From contig NGBS01000012.1 of assembly GCA_002245135.1 (NCBI GenBank), forward strand, positions 124,001 through 156,097: 32,097 nucleotides of DNA. The letters run 5' to 3'. Position numbers and translations under genes: made by a program. Of this stretch, positions 9,916 to 22,699 are shown in pieces. A model generated the notes under the pieces. That model saw only the letters and a list, made by a program, of their open reading frames with translations, did not search any database and had not been told where the DNA came from. The stretch is from Proteromonas lacertae. Lineage: Eukaryota. The stretch's first letter is position 1; every line of letters starts with the position of its first letter.

Positions 9916-12007
9916 ATGAGCAATCTTTCTGAACCGATTAAAACAGATAAGGACGTTTCAGGAAATGACTTAACCTCCTATGTTGCTAATAAGACAAATA
10001 CCTCAATAGATCGAATTGAATTGTTAACACAGAGATTAAGTGGAAGTTCAAACACATCACTCGTTTCAGATGACTCTAGACCTGCACAGAATAATTTTGG
10101 ATTCCCTCCCCTTGAAAGAGAAGCAAAGATTGTAAGTACTTCATTGCCATCTAAAGATGCACCATCTAAAGGATCCATTAAAGATGAAGGTCCTAAGAAA
10201 TTCAAACGAAAATCAATGACTCCAGAAGTATGATAATTTCTATAATTTTTTATAGAGGTATCCTTATGGAGGCGAAAAGAAATTAAAATCAGAACAAGAA
10301 GAAAAGAAATCAGTAGTGAAAAAAGAATCAAGTATAATTATAACTCATTTATTATATTTTTGCTTAGATGATGGAATGGAATCAATGAAAATAGAAAGAT
10401 TTTTGACTCAAACATCACCCAACAAACCAACAAGCTCATTACAAAGAATTCCAATAAAAACACCTCAAAAATCATCCATTTCAAAGAAAGATACAAATAC
10501 ATTAAATCAACCTCAACAACAACAACAACAACAACTCTCTCCTAGAAACAATAATAATAACAATATTAACAACCTTAACAATAAGAAAACTGAAGAATAT
10601 GAAACAACAATCAACGCATTAAAATCAGAGATAGAAAAACTTCAACATAAAAATGAAGAAATTATTCTACTAAAAGAAGAACATAAAAAGAATTTAATTC
10701 CAATAATTACTAAGTTATCTATAGATCGATGTTCATTAAAGCGAAGATTGAATGCAGAACATAGTTTCTTTTATGGATATCAAACTTATGTTCGAAGAGT
10801 TCAAAATGTGGAGGATATTTGGGTTGAAGGTGAAGAATATAAAGAATTAGTGAGTGAAGAAAATAGAATTAATTCGATTAAAGATCAAAGAAAACAAAAG
10901 AAAAAGAAAAATAGTAATAACAATGAAAGTGAAGAATTGTGTAAGATAATGAATAAAAAATTAGCTGTATATATATATATATATAATTATTAATAGAGTG
11001 ATTTACAAAATAAACAAAGGAATTACAGTCTTCAGAAGTGTTTACATCAACGTGAAAGTAAAAGAATACTCAATGAAGATAGTAGTCGTTTTAATAATCA
11101 TCCTGTTTTACATGATCAATATTTATTAATTGAATTATTAGGAAAAGGTGGTTTTAGTGAAGTATGGAAGGCTTTTGACTTAGAAAATGAAGTAGAAGTT
11201 GCTTGTAAGATTCATCAATTAAATAGTACTTGGAGTGAAGGACGAAAACAGAATTATATTAAACATGCTACTAGAGAATATGCTATTAACAGAAGTGTAA
11301 ATCATGAGAATATAATCAAATTTGTAGATGTATTTGAAATAGATAGTAATGCATTTGCTACTGTTTTAGAATACTGCAATGGAACTGATTTAGAGAAATA
11401 TTTAGAGCAAAATGAGACTTTAAATGAAAAAGAAGCTTATTTAATACTTTGTCAAGTTGTTAGTGCTTTATATTATCTCAATACAGGTGTTGAAGCTAAT
11501 CCATTAACTGGTGAAACTCCAAAGATTATTCATTATGATTTAAAACCAGCTAATATACTAATCAATGAAAATGGTGTATGTAAAGTGACAGACTTTGGTT
11601 TATCCAAGATAGTAAGTGGTGAAAATGATGGTAATAGTTTAGAATTAACATCACCAGGTGCTGGTACTTATTGGTATTTACCTCCTGAATGTTTTTATGG
11701 AGGAATTGATAATAATAGTTCTTTACCACGAATATCGAATAAAGTGGATGTTTGGTCTTTAGGTGTAATATTTTATGAAATGATTTATGGGAAAAGACCA
11801 TTTGGAGATGGAGTAAGCCAAGATGCAATCTATCAGAATAAAACAATTGTAAATAGCAGTTTGAATTTGAAATTACCTTCAAAACCTCCTTTAAGTGAAG
11901 ATGGTAAACAGTTTATTATGAAATGCTTGACTCATAATCAAGAACTTCGACCTGATGTGAAACAGATTTATGATGATCCATATTTGCCATTTCACAAGAA
12001 AAAGTAA
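9916..12007 (+). CDS. TLK: Tousled-like serine/threonine kinase
   Basis: Introns 10228-10255, 10332-10367 and 10967-10996. Diagnostic segments NEDSSRFNNHPVL, LLGKGGFSEVWKAFDL, ACKIHQLNSTWSEGRKQNYIKHATREY, IIHYDLKPANIL, ELTSPGAGTYWYLPPECF. Confidence 0.95.
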
Positions 12008-12226
12008 TTGTTTATGTTTTGTTTTTGATTTTTTTTATGGTTATATAATAACAATTAGATATATCGTATTTGATTTACATAATCATCAATTAGTTATGCA
12101 AGCTGTGTTACATGAAGTGATATTTCATTAGTATATGAAGAGTGTTGTAAAAAAGAAAAAGAATAAAAAAGAATAAGTAACGGATATATTTCTTTTTGGA
12201 GGTATTTTGTTTTTATCTTTATCTCG

Positions 12227-15200
12227 ATGAATAAAACTGATATAAAAGACAGTAGCACTTCAAATGCTTACAGAAGCAGTGAAGAAGTATTATCAAAGAT
12301 GATTGATGATTTGGCTACTTCGATTAGCTATCTTCCCAATGATCTTGATTCAATTTCTAGATATTATTACTTCTTATTGAATAGAAGTACCGAAGGAACA
12401 AAATTTACCCCGGAAGAGATTAAAAAAGTGATATTAAGTAAAAAGATAGAAGATTTGGTGAAAGGAGCAACAGGTGAAGAAAATCCACATGATGATTTAC
12501 CTTCATCTATAGTGAATAGTTTAACATTGAATGACTCATTTATGAGTTTCAATGAAAGTATAGAGATTAATGACTTTCCAGAAAAGAGAATCTTTATTAG
12601 AGAATGTTACAAAGAGAAATACACTGAGATAATGAATGATATAAAGACTTCAAAGAATGAAAATCCTCATTTTATAGTGATTGGTCAAACAGGTAATGGA
12701 AATACTTCATTTGCCTATTTTATGTTAATGAATATAAAGAATGAGATAGAAGATGTATTAAAAGGAAAAGAGATTTATTTTATAAAATCTGAAGATTCAA
12801 TGGCTTACAAATATGTCAAGAAAGGAGAATGTTATGTATTAGAACATTTACATGATTGTAATATTGATAATGTGAAAAATTCAATTATTATTTGTGATAG
12901 TTATGGTAATGCCTCTGCTGATAATATCATAATCTCCATTAGTTCTCCAAATAAAGAGTTTTATAGATATTATATAAATAGTAATTCAAAAACAATATAT
13001 TTTGATATATTTAGTCCAAATGAAGTTAGAATGTGGTTTAAAACTTGTTTAAACTATGACAATGGAGTTGTTGATGAAAATGTGATGATTGATTATGGTT
13101 ATAATCCTAGACACATTCACAATCATTATATTTATAGAGATATATTTGAAAAAGATTATTGGGATGAATATAGAAAGTTATTAAAGGGATTAATTGGTTT
13201 TAAAGAGTGTAAAAAGTTTATAGAAGAATATTTGTTGAGTAAAAGATATAAAGAGAATGAATTTATGAATTTAGCATTTCATTACAATTTAAAAGACGGA
13301 AAACCTCAAAAATATTTGAAATTCAATTCAAAAAGAATTTTTTATGTGTTTATAAATAATATATCAAGAAAGTCTTTTGAAGAAGAAGCTGATGATGAAA
13401 ATAACTATATATATCAAATATATAAAGAAATAGATGATGAAGAAATAAAATCATTTCTCTATAAAAGATTAGTAACATATGTAGTTGCATCCCATCCAGA
13501 AATTCTTAAAGATATAATATTATTCTTTGAATCTAATTGTCATGGCATTAAACCTGGCTTTCGTCATTATTATACTACATATGTAAAAGAATTTCAAGCA
13601 AAATCTCATTCTTATTATTATTTAAATGAACAATATGATAGATATGATTTTGTTGTAAATAACTGTATGTTTAAAATATTTTATGATGATTCTTCTATTC
13701 AAATTGATGATGATGACCAAAATAAGATTTATAATGTATTGTTATTAATTATATTCTTAATAGTATAATTTCTATGGAAAAGAAGAAAAGAAATTAGAAT
13801 CAAAAGAAGTAATAATCCAAAGAGAAGGATATGTTAGAAATGGTTTAGTATTAAATGATGAATATTTAGATAAATATTTTAATTCAAGAAAATTAAGTCA
13901 ATTGAAGGTCAGTGAAAATAATGAATCTTTACCACCTGTTACTCATATAAATACTCATTCTAGGTTTGCTCCAGGAAGTGAATTTGAAGAAAATGAAGAT
14001 GATGAAGAAAGTGAAGATGATGATGAAGATGAAAGAGAAGAGAAAGATGATGATAATGATAATGATGATAATGACGACGACGACGACGACGATGATGATG
14101 ATGATGATGATGATAAAAACAAAAACAAAAAGCAGGAAAATAAAGAAAATTCAATTATTAGTTTAAAACCTAAAATGTTTAACTTAAAAATAGATAAAAA
14201 ACTGTTAGTTGATATTCCATCAAAAGAAGAAAACATACTAAATGATATTGATTTGCAGTTAAATGAGATAAAAGTTGATGAAAAGAAGGATATATTATAT
14301 ATTAACAAACATGAATTGGTTAATCGAGATTGCTACAAGATAATGTTGAACTTAATAAATGACAATAACAAAGGAAAGAGAAGTTTTTTGATATTTGGTG
14401 TAGAAGGAATTGGTAAAACAGTTTTAGGTTATTATTTATGTCATTATTTTAGTCATTACTTATTTTCTGAAAATGATAATTACAATGTGTTATTTATATC
14501 CAACAAAAACAAGTTTTATTATGCTCCAAAAGAAACTGGTGTATTTATGAGAATTGATAAATATGAAAATCCAAAAAATGGAAAATTAGTAATAATAGCT
14601 GATGATATAATGATAAAAAGTGATGATTATACTGATGCTGATATTATGATTTTGTTGAGTAATCCTTACTTGAGAAAATATAAAGATTTCCAATCCAAAA
14701 GAACTCCATTGTCAATGTATATTCCTCCATTTACTAGAAAAGAGGGGGAAAGATATTTTAAATATAGTGAACAACTAGAGCAATATGGATATATTCCTGG
14801 TTTATGTATGCATGATTATGATGAAGATGATGATTATATGGAAGGATTAATTAATGAATATAAAAGACAATTAAGATTTCATAGGTCAATGGAAGTATAT
14901 TCAGAGATTGGAGAAAATCCTGAGAATGGTAGACTTAATCTTATTAATATTTCAACATATATTACTAAGAAAGGTGATGTAACAAAGATTAAAGGTTTTG
15001 ATGGTATATCAAAATGCGTTATGCGTATGGCAATGAATAAAGTGATGGGTGGAATTGGTGAACCTCCAAATTTTACTACTACAAATAAGACTAGAAGAAG
15101 AAGAAGAATAGAAAATGAAATTGATGGAGATCCTTATCTTAAAGGCAATAAAAGAATGTATGATGATGATGAAGAAGATGATGAAGAAGAAGATGATGAT

Positions 15201-15233
15201 AATAATAATGAAAATAATGAAGATGAATTTTAA
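12227..15233 (+). CDS. ~990-aa protein with two tandem Crinkler/RHS-type P-loop NTPase-like domains and an acidic linker
   Basis: Intron 13736-13763 joins the two ORFs in frame. Unit 1: IFIRECY...VIGQTGNGNTSFAYF...ISSPNKEFY...YGYNPR. Unit 2: VNRDCY...IFGVEGIGKTVLGYY...LSNP...YIPPFTRKE...YGYIPG. Confidence 0.7.
13981..14115 (+). repeat. GAT/GAC/GAA trinucleotide-rich tract encoding a poly-Asp/Glu linker
   Basis: (GAC)n(GAT)n run around 14070-14113 within the acidic linker. Confidence 0.85.
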
Positions 15234-15367
15234 CTTAAAAAGATGAGAGTAGAATAAAGAAATATTATTGAATTTATTATTACTAATGTTTAACTTGATG
15301 TTGTTTTATATTTTTATCCATAACAAAATGAGTAACATTTTTTTTTTCATTGTTTCATTAAATACAT

Positions 15368-15375
15368 AACAAACA
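15368..15375 (-). promoter_or_regulatory. TGTTTGTT motif, candidate Blastocystis-type polyadenylation signal for THOC3
   Basis: Exact TGTTTGTT on the minus strand 10 nt after the THOC3 TAA. Similar GT-rich tracts follow the NOC3 and TLK stops. Confidence 0.55.
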
Positions 15376-15385
15376 AATCATACAT

Positions 15386-16450
15386 TTAGTCAAATTTTAA
15401 TGAACAAATATGTAAAGTAGAAATTGTTTTTCTATCTTTAGTTATCTCAATATAACCTAATAAATTTTCACTTGGATGAAAACTCATTTCATAGATTGAA
15501 CCTTCACTTTTACTACACTTTATTTCCCCAATTATTGTACCTTTTCTACAATCTATTAAAGCAATATGATCATCTCCAGCAGCACCTAAATAATCATCAG
15601 TAGAACTGAAGTCTATAGCTCTTACTGATCCTTCAAATGCATTAATTCCATATTTACATATCATTTCTTTTGGATTCCATATTGATACTAAACTATCAGC
15701 ACTTCCAACACATAAATATTTATTATCTTTTGATACAACAATACAATAGCAGCTGGAAGTATGTCCATATATTTCATCGATTAATTCTAACTTATTATTG
15801 TTATCCACTTTTACTATTCCAATTTTCCCATCACTTTTACCTGCAGCTATATAAAAATAATCACTTACAACTCCATTCACACTTCTTATCCAACTTGTTT
15901 CATTTATGTGATCATTGTATTTATAATTATCTAGCAAAGTGAATGATTTTCGAGTATCGATTAAATGTAATTCATCTCCTCCTTTGCCTTTTGTTCCTAC
16001 TACAATATATTTACCATCACCATTATAAGACATATTTATATTATCTTGTTCACATATTTTTATATTGGATGAAGGTTTTTCTATTGTATTATACTACTAA
16101 ATATATACTATTTCGAATATCCCAAAGACATAAACTATTCTTACTTACAAAACTCAATTCATTTTCATTTACAGGACTCCAGCATAGTTTTTCGATTTTA
16201 TTATCCATTTTTAAAGTGTTGGTCGCTTGACTTGAACTACTTTTATAATCCCATACTTTTATGTAAGAATCGTATGAGCATGTACCTATATATTTGCCAG
16301 ACATATTCCATCCAATGCTATGACACTATTAAAATATGAGAAATAATATTTATATCTTACTCTGTCCTCATGAGCATCTAAACCCATTTTTTCAGATGAT
16401 TTTATTTTTCTTGTATAAGAATTAGTATCAAAATCATTAATAATATTCAT
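15386..16450 (-). CDS. THOC3: THO complex subunit 3 (Tex1) WD40 protein
   Basis: Introns 16360-16326 and 16108-16081. Segments AHEDRCHSIGWNMSGKYIGTCSYD, IEKLCWSP, NINMSYNGDGKYIVVG, GHTSSCYCI...YLCVGSADSLVSIW resemble THOC3. Confidence 0.8.
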
Positions 16451-16642
16451 GTTGATCAATAAAAAAGCAAATTTAAAAATGATGAAATATATTCGTTTCA
16501 AATGAAATGAATTAATTTTCATTTTATAATTGGGACAATAAAAACACAATAAAAACAGAATAAAAGGGGTAATATATAATTTAATTAGTTTATAAATGAA
16601 AAATTGTTTAAATTAATTATACAAAATTGGATTAAATTACAT

Positions 16643-18135
16643 TTAAATGTTTGGTAACTGCTGAATTGGTATTTTATTCAGTTTTAAATTGCTACAAGGA
16701 TTTAAATAGAAAAATAATTGAATTAGTACAAAAACGAGACATACGATATATATCATATCAATATCAAATTTCCATTCATAAGGATCAACTTCACGAATTA
16801 AGTACACACCTGTAGGATATACTGAAAACCATATTATTCCTGATGCTAATAAATGAACTTCTCTCTATTTTAAAAAATAAATAAAATAAAATATGATTAT
16901 ATACAAATCTAAGTGATTTCTTTGATTTTACGAAAAATATGATATATATGAATAATAATATGAAATCCAATTCATGCAATACATCATATGCACTGTTATA
17001 CAGTGTATTTGATCTTAAATTATTAATTAGGTAGATTTTAGAATTAACAGAAGCCATTAGAATGAAATATAAAATTGAGATAATTATGAAAAATGGAGTT
17101 GTTACTATATAAGGCGGCCAAACTTTATTTAAGAACCTTGCATTTCTATTGGTCTATTTTTATAATAATAATAATAATAATATATATATATATATATATA
17201 TACTAGATCTCTTTGAACTTCATTATTCCCTAATATAAGGAATATATAAACTATTGAAGAATCAGCAATTGCACTAAGAATGTTAAAGAGAATGGAATAT
17301 TCTACTTTTCCAGCTTTAATCATATAATCAAGAATACTCCACTCAAATGCATATTTACATATTAATATAATCACTACGAATATATATACCTAATAAATAA
17401 TATTTAATTAAATAAAAGAAAAGAAAAAATTTATACAATTTGAGTATGATGAAATTCAACCGATTTGTTCAACAACAATAACAATATTAATGCCACAAAA
17501 TAGGCAATGAAAAACATAGCAACACATGGAACATATCTAGCTGTATAATCTAACTCAGCTGGTAATTGAAAATGATTATTCCTTTGATATTCTGAATAGA
17601 TTGAAAATGACTTTGAGGTATTTTGAATACCAATAGAGCAATCTACTAATACACCAAAATAACAATTCTTTATATTATCAGTAGAATTAAACTAAATGTA
17701 TAATAATAATAACATTTATATACGGATTGATAATCAATAATTGAAGTGATATTATATTCATTTTTGTTACCAGGTATTACTTCATTGAATTTATATGTTA
17801 ACTAGAGTAATATATTATATAAAGCAAATCATACAACTCCAGATTTACGTAATAGGAAACATCTGTCAATACTAGAATGTACGTCATTTACAATACACCA
17901 ATAGTCATATGATAAAAAACCATACTCTACACCTGTATCATTGATAAGTATGTGACTAAATAGTTAAAATCAGTAAAATATACCTTCTAATATGCAAAGA
18001 ATCGGGTTTATTGCGAGATCCACACATAAATCCTGAAACGAAAAACCCTCCAAGTATATCACTCTTGTATTCAAAAATTAACGCATCAATTGACGAGAAC
18101 AAAATTGAAAATGTGAATACATAGAATATAATCAT
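16643..18135 (-). CDS. Multi-exon membrane protein: signal peptide, luminal domain and multiple TM helices (GOST / GPR107-TMEM87-like)
   Basis: Signal peptide MIIFYVFTFSILFSSIDA, a luminal region ending QLPAELDYTARY, then several hydrophobic helices. The last exon ends ...FFYLNPCSNLKLNKIPIQQLPNI* at 16643. Family assignment is from architecture only. Confidence 0.55.
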
Positions 18136-18305
18136 CACCTATATTTTTTAACAGTATAAAAAAATTGGCACGATGTGAATAAATAGAGAATTAGATTAAA
18201 ATAGAATTTTTAAGAAATAGAATAAAACGGATTCATTTTCGAAGAAAGAAATAAACTTAAAAATATTCATAAATAACTGATAAAAACGTTACAAAGCTAA
18301 TTATA

Positions 18306-19286
18306 TTATAGGAAATATTCAGGATCAGGCTGACAAACAGGACAAGACTTCTGTTGAGGTGATGCTGCTCTAAATGTTTTAAATTGCTTCTCCATATGCT
18401 CATCCAACTCCATAATAGCAGCTATATTACCACATCTATAACAATAATTCGGTGCTGACCACACAGTTACTAAGCTATTGTTAAACATCCATTTATACCC
18501 TTCCATCACCAACTGATGAGCTCTACATATGATAGATGTATTATTATCATGGTTAAATTTAGCAACTTGTGCTTCTCCAAATATGAATCCTGCTCCTCTT
18601 GGACTTGTATCCCAATCATCAATTACTTCAGGATCAGACCACAATAAATCGCACATAGCACCTTCATGAGGTACTTCTTGTACACGCTCTATATTTTTAA
18701 TATTATCTAAAGTCTGTATTGTTGGTGATAATCCTCCATGTACACAAAATATAGTACTATCTATGATAGCTGTAAGTGTTAAATAATCGAATAAATCTGT
18801 ACAATACTTCCATACATTGGATGTACCATACTTTTTCAAACATTCATCATAAAATCCATAAACTTGTGTAATTTGTCTACATTCATGATTGCCTCTTAGA
18901 AATGTGATTCTTTCAGGATATCTGACTTTAAGTGCTATTAATAAAAGAAATGTTTCAACACTATTAAAACCTCTATCAACATAATCACCCAGAAATAAAT
19001 AATTTGTTGATGGACAATCACCCCCAACTTTAAATAATTCTTTAACATCGAAAAATTGGCCATGCACATCTCCACACACCTACTTATTCATAAACAATAG
19101 CAAAATACTGTCACTGGAGGAGTTATCTGCACAACATTTCCTTCTGAAGAAAATAACTGTTTAGCCCTTTCACACAGTTCTTTTACTTCTGTTTCTGTTA
19201 TTATCTCACAATTACTAAGCTATATCTTATAATACTAACTAAGTAAATACAGTTTCTATTTGTCTATCTAAATCAGAATTTGACAT
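18306..19286 (-). CDS. PPP4C: Serine/threonine protein phosphatase 4 catalytic subunit
   Basis: [12 protein letters not shown] start with two tiny introns. PPP motifs GDVHG, GDYVDRG, GNHE. PP4-type [26 protein letters not shown] and C-terminal YFL. Confidence 0.92.
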
Positions 19287-19405
19287 GCACTTTGTTAGTT
19301 TTTGTATTGATAAAACGATGTAGAGTTTTTTAGTTTTGAAATTAAATCAAGCTTTTGACTCAAACTCTTTTTTATCATTTTTCTGATTTTTGCTTGATAA
19401 AAGAT
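19287..19405. promoter_or_regulatory. 119-bp divergent intergenic region (putative bidirectional promoter) between PP4C and NUP62
   Basis: Head-to-head ATGs at 19286 (-) and 19406 (+). Confidence 0.55.
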
Positions 19406-21208
19406 ATGAATAACACTGGTGGCAGTATTTTTGGAAATATGGGTGCTAGTAATACAGCATCAAATAATATATTTGGAAGTAAACCAACATTTGGTAGTAA
19501 TACAACTGGAACTTCCGGAACATCATCATTGTTTGGAAACAATAACACACAAAGCAATACTACATCTTTATTTGGAAATCAATCCCAACCAACAACAACT
19601 GGATCATCTTTGTTTGGAAATACCGCAAATACATCAGCAACATCAAATATTTTCGGTAATTCTACAGCTACCTCTGGAACAGGTAATTTGTTCGGTAGTA
19701 CATCAAATACAACTCCAGCTTCAACCACAGGTGGTTTGTTTGGAAACAACACATCAACAGCTCCAACTGCATCTACTGGTGGTTTGTTTGGAAATAACTC
19801 TTCAACAACTCCAGCTTCAGGAACTGCTAATTTGTTTGGAAATAGTACAGCTTCAGCTCCAGCAGCAACACCATCAATATTTGGAAATAATACATCATCA
19901 ACAACAGGATCAGCAAGTGGAAATAGTCTATTTGGCAATACAGCAAATACTAATACAACTGCTCCATCATCAACAGGAACTAATAGTTTATTTGGAAACA
20001 ACTCCACAGCAAATGCTCCAACTTCAAGATTATTTAGTAATACATCAAATGCAACAAATGGGCCAACACAGCCATCAACTGGAATGAGTAGTAGTGGTAG
20101 TAGTTTATTTGGAAATAATAATGCTACTACATCTGCAACTACAACTCCTAGTCTATTTGGAAATAATGCAGGAACAACTACATCATCAACAACAGGTGGA
20201 ACGAGTAGTTTGTTTGGAAATAATGCAACTTCAGCAACAACAACAACAACAACAACAACTGCTGGTCCATCAACTACAGGAACAAGTAGTTTATTCGGTA
20301 ATAATACCACTTCAACAACATCTGCAACTGCTGCTGCTCCTCCAGCTACAGGAACAACAAATCTATTTGGAAATACTGCAACAACATCATCATCTGCTAC
20401 TACTGCTCCTACAGGAACACCAAGTCTACTTACATCTACATCAACAACAGCTGCCCCAACTGCAGGAACAACAACAACAACAACAACAGGTAGTAGTAGT
20501 TTATTTGGTAATAATACAACTGCTGGTACTTCAGCTACAAATCCAACACCTGCCACAGGAACAACATCTACTGCTGCTACAGGTGCTTCTTCTTCTTCTT
20601 CTTCTAATAATAATAATAATAATAATAATAATGGAGGAAAACCAGCAGACAATTCAGAATTAAAAGCAAAACAACTTGGAAAAATCATTAATGATTGGAA
20701 TAAAAAACTAGAAAGTCACAAGACTCAATATTTACATGAAAGTGAAAGGATAGACCAATTAGATAGAACAATATTAAAATATCAAAAACAGTTATACCAA
20801 TTAAGTACAAGATTTGAACAACTTCAACAGACTCAAAAATCATATAATGATGTAATAGGAAATATAAAACAACATCAAATTGATTTAGATAATCGATTAA
20901 CTGAATTAGAAAATACAATATCTCAAATATTTAATCAAAATAACAAACTTAGTGATATTAATAATAAAGAAAGATATAACTGTTATAATATGAGTATTGA
21001 ATTATATAATGAGTTAGAAACCATTAATAACAACTTGGTTGGTGTAATTAAGAGTATAAATGAATATAATAATACAAGTATCAACAATAATCAAGATGGT
21101 AATTATGTGAATGAAATTTTAGATGTACAATATAATATATTGAACTCTGTTAAAGATAATGTAGATTCAATGAAAAAAGATATTCATAAGTTGAAGAATA
21201 ATAAATAG
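19406..21208 (+). CDS. NUP62: FG-repeat nucleoporin Nup62/Nsp1
   Basis: Many (S/G)LFGNN repeats in Thr/Ser-rich spacers, then an Nsp1_C-like coiled coil (QLGKIINDWNKKLESH...IDQLDRTI...HQIDLDNRLTELE...ERYNCYNMSIEL). Confidence 0.93.
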   Translation: MNNTGGSIFGNMGASNTASNNIFGSKPTFGSNTTGTSGTSSLFGNNNTQSNTTSLFGNQSQPTTTGSSLFGNTANTSATSNIFGNSTATSGTGNLFGSTSNTTPASTTGGLFGNNTSTAPTASTGGLFGNNSSTTPASGTANLFGNSTASAPAATPSIFGNNTSSTTGSASGNSLFGNTANTNTTAPSSTGTNSLFGNNSTANAPTSRLFSNTSNATNGPTQPSTGMSSSGSSLFGNNNATTSATTTPSLFGNNAGTTTSSTTGGTSSLFGNNATSATTTTTTTTAGPSTTGTSSLFGNNTTSTTSATAAAPPATGTTNLFGNTATTSSSATTAPTGTPSLLTSTSTTAAPTAGTTTTTTTGSSSLFGNNTTAGTSATNPTPATGTTSTAATGASSSSSSNNNNNNNNNGGKPADNSELKAKQLGKIINDWNKKLESHKTQYLHESERIDQLDRTILKYQKQLYQLSTRFEQLQQTQKSYNDVIGNIKQHQIDLDNRLTELENTISQIFNQNNKLSDINNKERYNCYNMSIELYNELETINNNLVGVIKSINEYNNTSINNNQDGNYVNEILDVQYNILNSVKDNVDSMKKDIHKLKNNK

Positions 21209-21306
21209 ATTTATCTTTTTGTTATATATAAATCATTTTTGAGTGTATTTGAGGGAGGAAAAACATATTTTTATTATTTCATATATTCATGTTAACTACA
21301 TTTACT

Positions 21307-22138
21307 CTAATTAACTTTCATGTGAATAAATACTGTAGCCTCACCCCAACTCATGTTATATTTTTCGCTTTCCATTACTTTCCAATCGCTACTATTCAAT
21401 CCTCTAGTAAAAGTAACGAAGAATGAACCAGGACGCATTTTTGCTGAATTAGAGACCATTATGTTAAATAACTCTGTTGAAAAGCATGTACTATTAGCAA
21501 ATACTACACTTGCATCACTCCAATTAACTGCACGAAAATCTGTAGTATAAAATTCAATTTCTAAATAAATCATAATAATCAAATACCTGTTGCTTGTCTT
21601 TCTGCATCTAATGTTGGCGCTATTTCTTTTTCCCACTTATCTTTCAATATCATTGATATATTGTGAAGATTTTCTAAGATTTCATATCCAACACACTTTT
21701 TAAATGGGTGATATAAAGCAGCAGCGAATACAGCTTTACCACTTCCACTTCCTAAATCATAGAACACTCCTCCTTTTTGTGATAAACCACCATATTTCTT
21801 CTTTATCTATTAAAATGGTAGGAATAAATGTATACTTTTTCTAAAGCAAGTAAAAAGTTTTGAAAATCAATTTCACCATAAACTAGAGTGGTTTCATTCA
21901 ACATCTTGACATTTCTCTCTTTCTTTGAAGCTTCCTTACATTTATTGGTAGAATAATCACTGACTAATTGATTGAATATTGCCTCTTGTTGTGATACTAA
22001 TGCAACATAATAATACTCTGTTATACTGAATTGTAAATCAAGTTCATTACGGTTTTTTTCTAGATCAGTTTGTAGTGTTGCGATTCTTGAAGCTATTCTA
22101 TCTAATTCATTATTCTTACTTTTCTTGGAATCAGTCAT
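21307..22138 (-). CDS. DOT1-like SAM-dependent methyltransferase (compact form)
   Basis: Exons give LVYGEIDF, VFYDLGSGSGKAV, CVGYEIL, VVFANSTCF and MSWG, matching DOT1-family motifs. Confidence 0.8.
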
Positions 22139-22699
22139 TTATTCTGTTTTTAAATTTAAAAAAATCAAGCAAAAAGTTCGTTATTCAAGATCTGATCGTA
22201 CCGAATATTCTTATTTTTCATTTTAAACAATGAATAAATAGATTCTACCCAAAATAAATATCAGTAAAGAATACTGGTATATTCTAATACTATTATATTA
22301 ACTATGGAGTAGTAAAAAGAAGTTCAATAAAAAAATTTCTTCACAGGTGTTTCTGATGAATAACTTTTTTTAAAAATAATTACATTCATTGCATTCAATA
22401 AAATGATATAATTATTAACAACTAACAATATAAATATGCATTTTCATTAATTTTATAAATTATTATGCTCTATAATCCTTCAGCACATTAATCTATTTAT
22501 CAAATACTGCACTTATCCTTCCTCAATTTATCATAACATTATCAATTGCTTAATTTTTGATATTTATTATCTCAATAATCTAAGCGTCATTCTCAATCTA
22601 TTTCATACCGAAGAACAGTTTTATAATGTTTAAATATTATGCTATTTTTATGCAAATGATAAATAGCTCATTTTATCATTTAGTACAAGATTTGCTAAT

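Noticed and set aside
12360..12384. Intron-like stretch (atattattacttcttattgaatag) in the NTPase gene
   Set aside because: Has an acceptor-like end but no GT donor, and the ORF reads through in frame; cannot be called without RNA data.
15231..15257. Read-through extension (LKKMRVE*) after the NTPase gene stop
   Set aside because: Only seven codons; compatible with chance or a local base error.
19419..20688. Long alternative-frame and antisense ORFs (222, 189 and 369 aa) over Nup62
   Set aside because: By-products of ACA/TCA/GGA-biased low-complexity FG-repeat codons; no domain features.
22551..22560. AATTTTTGA Sm-site-like motif suggesting an snRNA
   Set aside because: Expected by chance at this AT content, and no U1/U2/U4/U5 signature sequence was seen nearby.
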